DNA of 64,000 bases from an uncultured Verrucomicrobiae bacterium (lineage in GTDB: Bacteria > Verrucomicrobiota > Verrucomicrobiia > Chthoniobacterales > JAATET01), in NCBI GenBank assembly GCA_963719495.1, contig CAVRCI010000014.1:96001-160000 (forward strand), written 5' to 3'. Both the position numbers and the translations under genes were made by a program. Shown piece after piece: positions 29,780-40,407 of this stretch. How positions within the stretch are numbered: position 1 is the first letter of the stretch; every line of letters starts with the position of its first letter. The notes under the pieces were generated by a model that saw only the letters and a program-made list of their open reading frames with translations, searched no databases and had not been told where the DNA came from.

Positions 29780-29950
29780 CAGGATTCGGAAGTAGGGGTT
29801 GGTGTGGACGAGGGTGAAATCGGGGAGCGAGTTTGGTCGTTGGAAGAGGGGGGTGGCCAGGACGTTGGGCGTTGGGGTTTCGCCGAGGAGGACGCTGAAG
29901 GTCGAGATGAGGCGGTCGGGTTCGTAGGCGATGACGTAGCGGACCTCGCG
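29780..29950 (-). repeat. Direct repeat copy of the 3' end of the STT3-like gene (partner ~35638-35808)
   Basis: REVRYVIAYEPDRLIST…TPNVLATPLFQRP…NPYFRIL encoded at both sites with high nucleotide identity. Confidence 0.92.
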
Positions 29951-30084
29951 GTGCTGCAAATCAGACGGACCCGGTCGTCGACGGCGCACGGCGCAATTCC
30001 TTTCAGAAGGGATCGGATCCGAGAGATGAGTTTTCATGCTGAAGGGTTCAGTGCAGCGGTCGTTCGAGATTGGCTCGGAAGAGG

Positions 30085-33000
30085 TCAAGAATTTTTCCGA
30101 CGTCGTCGAAGTCGCACCAGAATGAGCGCGGCGGCGAGGGCGGGCGGCAGAAGGGCAAAGAACTTGGGTTCCGGGACGGCTACGGCGACGGCGGCGACGC
30201 GAAAGCCGAAGGAAGAAAGTTCCAAGGCCGGATCGGTTGTGAAGGGTTGCGCCGAATCGAGAAAGAATACCGGGGCGTTCCAGTGTCCGCCGCGCGCGAT
30301 CCGGGTCTCGGTGCCGGAGTCGATGAACCCGTCGGAAGGACTTTCGGTCCACTCGAAGACGTTGCCGATCTGACCGACCGTTCCGTAGAAGCTTTGCCCG
30401 CCGGCGTTGTCGACGGCAGCGGGACCGGCGAAGTTGCCGCGTTGATACACCGCGGTGTTTGCCAGGGTGCCGCCGCTGACGGACGTCGGCGCGGTATCAC
30501 TCCCGGTGGCGTAGTCGAAGTAAGTGTCCCCGCTTCCGCTGTAGAACGCCGCCTTATACCACTCGTTCTCGGTCGGCAGGAAATACACCGCGTTGCTGTT
30601 CCGGAAGGGATTGCTCGGATTGTAGCCCGGGTCGGCGGAGGTCCAGAGGAGGTTGCTGGCGTTGGCGTCGTAGCCGGAATCGCCGGACTGAAGGTCGAAC
30701 TTGTAGGCCGCGGAGTGGCCGTGACTGGTGTTGAGCCAGTTGACGAATCGGGCCGCCTCGAACCAGGAGATTCCCGACGCGGGTCGGTTGTCGCCGTTGC
30801 CCCGACCGACGTTGTTGCGGTCGTAATCGAAGACCGTGATCCCGAGGCCACCTCCACCGGAGGCGACTGGGGCGTTGGCGGCGAGGACGTTCGCCCGGCT
30901 GACCTCGAAGGTGCCCATCCGGAAAGGATTCGTCACCGCACCGGACGGAGCGAAAAAGCTGCCGGTCGTGCCACGATCGGCGGGATTCCCCGGATTGCCG
31001 ACCGTCACGAATTCCAGCGTGAACTCGTTCGTACCGCTCCCGAAGACGTCGGCCCGAAGCGCCGTCGGGGTCGACAGCGTCAAGCAACCGGTGAGTGCCA
31101 ACGCGACGACCGACCCGTTTGGGCTCACGGACTTCGCGCTTCTCCCGCGAAGTCGCCGAGCCATTAGCAACGTGCCACCGAGGGCAAGCAGGACGAGCGT
31201 GCCGGGTTCGGGGACGGCGACTACGGCGAGGGTGCCGGTCGCGGCGAAGGCGGACGTGTCCCAGGCAAGGCCGGCACCCAACGTGGGCAGTAGGAACTCG
31301 GCGTTCGCTCCGACGAGGATCGCGCCAGCGTCCACAAGGTCGTAGCGATCCCCAGCCGTGGGTCGGTAGTCGCCGAAGAGCGAGACTTCGAGGTCGCCCG
31401 AAAGCGTCAGGACGCCGTCGATCGTCAGGCGATCGAAGTTGTCGAGATCGAACAGGTCGAAAACGATGGTTCCGGCCAGATCGATCTCGACGTTGCCGGT
31501 GAAGGCGATCGTCGCCGTCCCGAGATCGTCGCCGGGGGCGAGGGTTCCGGAGAAGACGGCATCGCCGGTCCCGGTGAAACGGCCGCGGCCGGAAACGTCG
31601 CCGGTCAGGCGGGATTCGCCCGTCACGTCCACCGACGAGTTTCCGAAGGTGCGGAGCGTGCCGTCGATCGTGCCGTCATCGAGGGTGATGCGGGTGAAGT
31701 TGTCGATCCCGCCGACTCCGCCGTCGATGGAGCCGCCGAAGACCTGGAGGGTGCCGATATTCGTGATTCCCTCTTGCGCGACGAGCCGGCCGAGGACGAA
31801 CAGATCGTCCTGGTGGGTCAGCGCTCCCTCGTAGGTGAGCGACCCGTTGGTCGGCACGAACTCGTCGTTGCCGAAGAGGCCGGGGGAGCCGATGAAGTCG
31901 GTTTGCCCGGCGTTGCGGATGGTCACGTCGGTGTCGAACCACCGGAGATTGCCAACACCGCGGGTGACCTGGATGCTCTCGGCGCTGAAGGTGCCCCCCA
32001 CCAGCCGCAGGAGGGAGTCGAGGCGGACGCTGTCGGCGCGGAAGCTGCCCGACAACAGCTCGATGCCTACCAGCACGCCGCTCGTTTCCGAGCGGATCGT
32101 AACGTCGTTAGCCGTGACATCCCCGCCGTTGATGCGGAGCAACGAAATGTCGTTCAGGTCGAGCGTTCCGAAGTCGGCCGTGCCGCCGGCCAGAACCTCG
32201 GTGAATCCGCGAGGGGACAGAGACGACGACTGCGAGAGCTCGGTGGAGTCGGAACGGACGGTCCCGCCGGCCCCGATGGTGAAACTGCCGGACCCGGAGA
32301 CGAGCCGTTCGGCGGAAAGGACGCTGCGGCCGAGCGTGTCGAGCACCGCACTGCGAACGTCCACGACGGTGGTCGCGTTGAACGTCGCCTGGCTGCCCTG
32401 GGTGGAGTCGAGGGTCGAGTGGGCCAGGGTCGAGCCGTTGAGCACCTGGACGTCGAATCGCGCGTTGTCGGGGTTCGGGTCGGTGGTGGTGGCGCCGTAG
32501 AGACCGTTGCCCACCGCCAGGCTGCTTCCGGTGTTGAGCGTCAGCCGATCCGGTGCGGGAGTCTGATCGATCCGGTTGCTGCGGGCGAGGTCGAGTTCGC
32601 GCACCTCGCCGGTCGAGCCGCCTGTGAGCGAGAAAATCAATGCGCCGGATCCCTCCCCGCCGCGCACCAGGTTGGCGAAGAAGGTGGATCCGCCGATGAG
32701 ATTGATGGCGCCGCTGGCTCCGTTTGCTGCGAGCGACAGGCCGTCGAAGCGCACGTGCGAGCCCCCGCTCGCCTCGAGGCCGCCGCTGAATCCGTTGCCT
32801 TGCCCGATCGCCGAGGAGCCGCCGGCGATGAGGGTGGCCCCGTCCTCCACGGTCAATCGCGCGCCGTGCTGGGGAAGCGTGATGAAGTTGAAGCGATCGA
32901 TCTGTGCGGCGATGTTGAGCTGGCCGGTGTCGAGCGTGGCGTCGCCGTCGAAGTTCAGCAGGCGGACGGTGGTGAAGGTCCCGCCGACGTTGCCGCTGTT

Positions 33001-34065
33001 GGTCGCTCCGATGGTGACGTCCAAGGTCGACAGCAAGCCTTCGGGCATCAGGATCATCGACGCGTTGCCACCGAAGCGCAGGCGCTGCACGCTCGTGCCG
33101 TCGAAGATTCGCAGCCCGCCGGGGTTGATGATGGAGCGTTCGATGACGACCAGGTCGGTCCCGCTCGGGACGCGTCCGGGGGACCAGTTGCGCGAGTCGC
33201 CGAAGAACCGCGGGTTCACGACCGGCGAGTCGCCGGTGTAGAAGACGGTGGATTGCCCGTGGGCCGGTGCGGCAACGGACAAGGCAGCGGCGGCGAGCGC
33301 GACGGCGGGGGCGAGGCCCCGAAGGATCGAGCTGGGTGGAGAGTTGGTTGAAGCTCGGCTGCGGAGGCGACGTCGCCGAGCCAGCAGCAGCGCGGCACCC
33401 AGCGCGAACAGCGCGGCGTTGGCGGGCTCGGGGACAGGGACGGGATTGATCGTGAGAGTCAGGGTGTCCACCGCGGGCGTATCGAAGTCCATGCCGACGA
33501 GGTAGGTCCAGGTGTAGGTGCCCGGCGTGAGGCCGAGGCTGCCGTAGGTCGCGCCAGTGTAGGTGCTGCCGCCCAACAGGGTCAGGCCGGAGGTGTAGCC
33601 CTGCGGCACGACCAATCCGAAATTCGGGCCGCTCCCCGGCACCGCGCTGGGGTTGAACGACAGGCCGAATACGTCGCCGGTGTTGAAGTCGGCATTGGTG
33701 ATGTCGCTGCCGTCGCCGAAGGACGCGGGGCCTCCGCCAAGGGTGGCGTAAACATCGGGGGCCACGGATTCACCCACCGCCCAGAGGGGTAGGTTGGGCA
33801 GGATGCCGCCCCCGAGCGGCCCCGATGGCATCGCCGCCACTTCGGGAAGGTCCAGCGACCCGCCGCCGGTGAAGACGACGTCGTTGCCGACCTGATTGAC
33901 GCTGACGAGGACTGCGGCCGAGGCGGGTGCGGGGAGCAGCAGGCTCAGCATCCCGAGGATCGTGCCGACGGAGAGTGAGCGAAAGCGGGTGAAGGGGCTG
34001 GAGGTTTCCTGCGCCCCCCGGGGGGTGGCGAAGCAGGGGGCGAGGATCTGTTTTGTCTTTTTCAT
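30085..34065 (-). CDS. Triple PEP-CTERM polyprotein (small beta domain + beta-helix/autotransporter-like repeat domain + FGE-sulfatase-like domain)
   Basis: One open frame; VPEP-TM-RRR at 33424-33435, 31204-31215, 30166-30177; signal-peptide-like segments before each module; likely ATG at 34065. Confidence 0.88.
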   Translation of the reverse strand: MKKTKQILAPCFATPRGAQETSSPFTRFRSLSVGTILGMLSLLLPAPASAAVLVSVNQVGNDVVFTGGGSLDLPEVAAMPSGPLGGGILPNLPLWAVGESVAPDVYATLGGGPASFGDGSDITNADFNTGDVFGLSFNPSAVPGSGPNFGLVVPQGYTSGLTLLGGSTYTGATYGSLGLTPGTYTWTYLVGMDFDTPAVDTLTLTINPVPVPEPANAALFALGAALLLARRRRLRSRASTNSPPSSILRGLAPAVALAAAALSVAAPAHGQSTVFYTGDSPVVNPRFFGDSRNWSPGRVPSGTDLVVIERSIINPGGLRIFDGTSVQRLRFGGNASMILMPEGLLSTLDVTIGATNSGNVGGTFTTVRLLNFDGDATLDTGQLNIAAQIDRFNFITLPQHGARLTVEDGATLIAGGSSAIGQGNGFSGGLEASGGSHVRFDGLSLAANGASGAINLIGGSTFFANLVRGGEGSGALIFSLTGGSTGEVRELDLARSNRIDQTPAPDRLTLNTGSSLAVGNGLYGATTTDPNPDNARFDVQVLNGSTLAHSTLDSTQGSQATFNATTVVDVRSAVLDTLGRSVLSAERLVSGSGSFTIGAGGTVRSDSTELSQSSSLSPRGFTEVLAGGTADFGTLDLNDISLLRINGGDVTANDVTIRSETSGVLVGIELLSGSFRADSVRLDSLLRLVGGTFSAESIQVTRGVGNLRWFDTDVTIRNAGQTDFIGSPGLFGNDEFVPTNGSLTYEGALTHQDDLFVLGRLVAQEGITNIGTLQVFGGSIDGGVGGIDNFTRITLDDGTIDGTLRTFGNSSVDVTGESRLTGDVSGRGRFTGTGDAVFSGTLAPGDDLGTATIAFTGNVEIDLAGTIVFDLFDLDNFDRLTIDGVLTLSGDLEVSLFGDYRPTAGDRYDLVDAGAILVGANAEFLLPTLGAGLAWDTSAFAATGTLAVVAVPEPGTLVLLALGGTLLMARRLRGRSAKSVSPNGSVVALALTGCLTLSTPTALRADVFGSGTNEFTLEFVTVGNPGNPADRGTTGSFFAPSGAVTNPFRMGTFEVSRANVLAANAPVASGGGGLGITVFDYDRNNVGRGNGDNRPASGISWFEAARFVNWLNTSHGHSAAYKFDLQSGDSGYDANASNLLWTSADPGYNPSNPFRNSNAVYFLPTENEWYKAAFYSGSGDTYFDYATGSDTAPTSVSGGTLANTAVYQRGNFAGPAAVDNAGGQSFYGTVGQIGNVFEWTESPSDGFIDSGTETRIARGGHWNAPVFFLDSAQPFTTDPALELSSFGFRVAAVAVAVPEPKFFALLPPALAAALILVRLRRRRKNS

Positions 34066-34096
34066 TTGGGCATTTTTTCGAGGTTGCTGCGGCATG

Positions 34097-34223
34097 TTTA
34101 CTAATCGGTATAGTATAGAGCTCGACTTACAAATTTTTTCGTCGAAGAAATTGCGTGTAAGCTCGAAAAATAAAGTCATCGGGGGCATAAATCGCCGACC
34201 ACGAATGTCGACTAGTCAGTCGA
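34097..34223. promoter_or_regulatory. Candidate TetR operators in the divergent intergenic region
   Basis: Perfect 6-4-6 palindrome TCGACT-AGTC-AGTCGA (34208-34223); imperfect TTTACT-AATC-GGTATA (34097-34112). Confidence 0.5.
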
Positions 34224-34250
34224 GTTCTTTGGTGCGATGGTCTTCGCTTC

Positions 34251-34832
34251 ATGTCCCTCAAGCGCGAGCAAACCCTTCAGTCCGCCCGAAGGCTCTTCCT
34301 CGCGAACGGGTTCCACAAGACCAGCGTGGACGCGATTGCCGCGGACGCCGGGACCACCAAGATGACGGTTTACGCGCACTTCAAGACGAAGGACAATCTC
34401 ATCATCGAAGTCCTGCGGGAGGTTAGTGCGCTAACCCGCGGCGGGCTGCAGCGGGAACTGGCAAAACGCGCCGCGACGCCGCGGGAGCGCATTCTGGCGA
34501 CGTTCGACGTGATGGGCGAAGAGTTCGGGCGGCCGGATTTCCGGGGTTCGCTCTTCACGAATGCCGCGTCCGAGTTCACCGGACTCAACGAGCCGATCCT
34601 GGCGGCGGTCGCCAATCACAACGCGCTCGTGCAAGCGGACCTGGCCACGCTCTGTCAGGAAGCCGGAGCGGACCACCCGATCGAGCTGGCCGATCAGCTT
34701 TATTTTCTGATCGAAGGTGCCGCGGTGATGGCGCAAATTCGCCGGGAATCCAATCCGGCCGCGCTCGCCCGGCGATCCGCCGAAACCCTCCTCAATGCCA
34801 GCCTGCCAGCCCGCAAACGATTGAAGCCATGA
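34251..34832 (+). CDS. TetR/AcrR family regulator
   Basis: LFLANGFHKTSVDAIAADAGTTKMTVYAHFKTKDNL HTH. Confidence 0.93.
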   Translation: MSLKREQTLQSARRLFLANGFHKTSVDAIAADAGTTKMTVYAHFKTKDNLIIEVLREVSALTRGGLQRELAKRAATPRERILATFDVMGEEFGRPDFRGSLFTNAASEFTGLNEPILAAVANHNALVQADLATLCQEAGADHPIELADQLYFLIEGAAVMAQIRRESNPAALARRSAETLLNASLPARKRLKP

Positions 34833-35401
34833 CGACGGAAACTCCCGATTCACCCCAAGCGTCCCTCTTCCAAGCCGCCGGGCGGCTTTTCAACGAAGGC
34901 AGTTACCAAAGCGTCACCATCGAGGAACTGATCACCGCCGCCGGGGTGAGCCGGACGGTATTCGACGCGCTCTTCGAGACGAAGGAAGATCTCATCGTCG
35001 CCTACCTGGAGGATCGGGACCGGATGCTGCGCGGCTATTTTTTCACCGAGGTCACCAAGCGCGGCCACGACGACCCCCGCGCGACGTTGCTCGCGCTCTT
35101 CGACGTGCTGGGCGAATGGTTCCGCGACGAATCCTTCTACGGCTGCATCTTTTCCAACGCGTGCAGCGAATACGGACAGGGCGACCACCCGGTCCACCAG
35201 GTCGCGGCGCGGCACAAGAAGCGCTTCCGGGATTTCATCCTCGCCCGCGTCGAAGAAATCGGCTTCGACGATCCCGAGCAGAAGGCCGACGAGATCACCT
35301 TTCTCATGGAGGGTGCCATCATCACCGCGCACATCCGTCGCGACGCCCGCACCGCCCAGTCCGCCCGCAAGGCGGCGGAGGTCCTCTTGGGCGGGACGTA
35401 G
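34829..35401 (+). CDS. TetR/AcrR family regulator (second, paralogous)
   Basis: IEELITAAGVSRTVFDALFETKEDL; FYGCIFSNA; ATGA overlap with upstream TetR. Confidence 0.9.
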   Translation: MTTETPDSPQASLFQAAGRLFNEGSYQSVTIEELITAAGVSRTVFDALFETKEDLIVAYLEDRDRMLRGYFFTEVTKRGHDDPRATLLALFDVLGEWFRDESFYGCIFSNACSEYGQGDHPVHQVAARHKKRFRDFILARVEEIGFDDPEQKADEITFLMEGAIITAHIRRDARTAQSARKAAEVLLGGT

Positions 35402-35594
35402 TCGAACGCCATCAAGGAGGTGGTTGTAGTTTGTCGATGGGCTTGGCGACTTTTTGGATTCGCAAAGGAAAGTTCGCCCGTCCGTTTCGAGATGGGGAAC
35501 GGCTCGATCCCGGAGTCTGCCTCGTTCCGTGGTCTGGCTGTCGGCTTGCTCTGGTGTTGGATACTCCCGTGAAGCCGCGAAGAATCCCCGCCGA

Positions 35595-37202
35595 TCAATC
35601 GACCCCGCCGCGTCCCGGCGGAGTCGCTCGCTGGCTGAGGATGCGGAAGTAGGGGTTGGAATAGACGAGGGTGAAGTCGGGGAGGGTGGCGGGTCGTTGG
35701 AAGAGGGGGGTGGCCAGGACGTTGGGCGTTGGGGATTCGTCGAGGAGGATGCTGGAGGTCGAGATGAGGCGGTCGGGTTCGTAGGCGATGACGTAGCGGA
35801 CCTCGCGGCGGGCGAGGATGGCGAGGGCGTCGGCGGGATTTTTCGCCAAGTAGAAACGCGCGGTGTCGACGATGCCGGGGAGGCTCTGGTGGGAACTGCC
35901 GCCGACGCAGGGCTGACCCGACCAATACGCGATGGCGGGGCAGAGCCACCACGGGGCGAGGATCGGGGTGGTTTCGGTGGAGACGAGGGCGGTGGCCGCT
36001 TGGCGGAGGAGGATGTTTTCGGTGCGCTGGTCTTCGAGGGCGGCCTGGGCGGCGGGGGGCGGGTAGAGTTTGGTGTCCCAGGCGGAGAGAATGGGGAGGA
36101 GGCTGAGGGTGAAGATCGTGTAAGCGGCGAGGCGGGACGGGATGGCGACGAGGGCGGTTGGGAGGAGGAGGGCGGTGAAGGTGATGGCGAAGGGGGCCCA
36201 GCGGATTTGCCATGCGGTTAGGGCGAGGGTGGCGAGCGCTAGCGCGATGAGGAGGGGTGAATGGTGAATGGTGACTAGTGAATGGTGGGATGCGGGTGAG
36301 GCTTTCTGGCGAATTGTGCGCCAGATCGCGAGAGGCACGACTAGCGGGATGAGGTAGCCGAACCAGGCGAACCATCGGGTGGAGAGGATTGGGACTTGGC
36401 GGAGTTCGGCCAGGAGGGTGGCCCATCTTGGGAAGTATTCTCCGACTTCGGGCGGGAGGGGGCGGATTCGCCAGCCGTCGAAGAGGACCGCGACGGCGAG
36501 AACGGAGAGGGTAATGGCTGCGGCTAGGAGAAATGACCTCCTGCCGCTGACCTCCGACTTCTGGCCCGGGATGAGGCGGCTCAGGAGGACGAGGGTGAGG
36601 ATGATGACTGGCTCGAAGAGGGTGACCCAGAGGGCTGCGCCCCAGATGAGGCCCCAGGCGAGGGTCCAGGGTCGGGAGCGCGTGCGGCGGAGGGAGATCT
36701 CGGCGGCCAGGCCGGCGGCGAGGAGGGCGAGGGTGAGGGATTGGTGGTCGGGGCGGCCGATTTCGAAGGCTTGGACGACGATCGGGGAGGCCGCGAGGAT
36801 GAGGAGGGCGGGGAAGCGGTAGGGCCATTTCTCCCGGCCCATCCAGACCCAGAGGAAGGTGAGGAGGGCGAGGGAGAGGAGCGGGGAGATCCAGGCTCCG
36901 GCGAGTTCCATCGGGTCGGCGGTGAAGGGCGAGAGGGCGACCGTGAGCCCGGCGATGAGGAGGTCGAAGGGGGCGGTGGTGTGGGGGTCGGTGCCGGCGG
37001 GATGGTTTTCGAACTCGTGATGGTCGATGCGGGTGAACGGGTGCTCGAGGACTCGCTGGACGCGGGTCATTCGCGAGTAGCAATCGGCGTCGATGAAGTA
37101 GATGTCGCCGCCGACGAAGACTTCGTCGCGGTTCGCGGTGGTGGCTGCGAGGTTGAGCGCGAGGAGGATGACCAGAAGGGCGATGGAGCGGGCGGTTCGC
37201 AC
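35595..37202 (-). CDS. STT3/AglB-like membrane glycosyltransferase (oligosaccharyltransferase-like)
   Basis: FIDADCYSRMTRV, FENHPAG, RPDHQ, many TMs, LAPWWLCPAIAYW at the WWDYG position. Confidence 0.7.
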   Translation of the reverse strand: MRTARSIALLVILLALNLAATTANRDEVFVGGDIYFIDADCYSRMTRVQRVLEHPFTRIDHHEFENHPAGTDPHTTAPFDLLIAGLTVALSPFTADPMELAGAWISPLLSLALLTFLWVWMGREKWPYRFPALLILAASPIVVQAFEIGRPDHQSLTLALLAAGLAAEISLRRTRSRPWTLAWGLIWGAALWVTLFEPVIILTLVLLSRLIPGQKSEVSGRRSFLLAAAITLSVLAVAVLFDGWRIRPLPPEVGEYFPRWATLLAELRQVPILSTRWFAWFGYLIPLVVPLAIWRTIRQKASPASHHSLVTIHHSPLLIALALATLALTAWQIRWAPFAITFTALLLPTALVAIPSRLAAYTIFTLSLLPILSAWDTKLYPPPAAQAALEDQRTENILLRQAATALVSTETTPILAPWWLCPAIAYWSGQPCVGGSSHQSLPGIVDTARFYLAKNPADALAILARREVRYVIAYEPDRLISTSSILLDESPTPNVLATPLFQRPATLPDFTLVYSNPYFRILSQRATPPGRGGVD

Positions 37203-37334
37203 GGCGGTGGGAGTTTGGTCGAATCGCGCGGGTGGTGTCGATATGTTGCGTTGCGCGGGGCGCGAAACTCTAGGCGTTGTGTTTTGGGGCGCTGACGACT
37301 CGGGATTTTCTGTTGTGTCGCGGGTTTCCGCTGA

Positions 37335-39968
<2,634 letters not shown>

Positions 39969-40002
39969 AGCCAACTAAACGGGATTAACTGGATTTACAG
40001 GA

Positions 40003-40401
40003 TTGGAAAATACGGAGCTTAGCGGGAGGGTGATTGGGTGCGCCATGGCGGTGCATCGTGAGCTGGGCCCGGGTTTTCTGGAGTCGGTCTATAAGAATTC
40101 ATTAGTCCTTGAGTTGCGCGAAGCAGGCTTGGAAGTCGAAATCGAAAAGCGGATTTCGGTATTTTATATGGGCGTCGTTGTTGGAGAGTTTTTGGTCGAT
40201 TTATTCGTCGGAGGCCATTTGGTCATTGAATTGAAAGCCAACGCGTCCATCGGGAAAATGGATGAAATCCAAGTCGTCAATTATCTCAACGCGACGCGTC
40301 AAAAATTCGGATTGTCGCTGAATTTTGGTGCTTCCTCGCTCGAATTCAAACGCAAGTATTCGAAGGGAAATAATCCTGAAAATCCTGTCAATCCTGTCTA
40401 A
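40003..40401 (+). CDS. GxxExxY family protein (PD-(D/E)xK-like)
   Basis: LGPGFLESVY, DLFV, IELKA, NYLNAT, LNFG; TTG start and C-terminus lie within the flanking 9-mer IR arms. Confidence 0.92.
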   Translation: MENTELSGRVIGCAMAVHRELGPGFLESVYKNSLVLELREAGLEVEIEKRISVFYMGVVVGEFLVDLFVGGHLVIELKANASIGKMDEIQVVNYLNATRQKFGLSLNFGASSLEFKRKYSKGNNPENPVNPV

Positions 40402-40407
40402 AACGCC

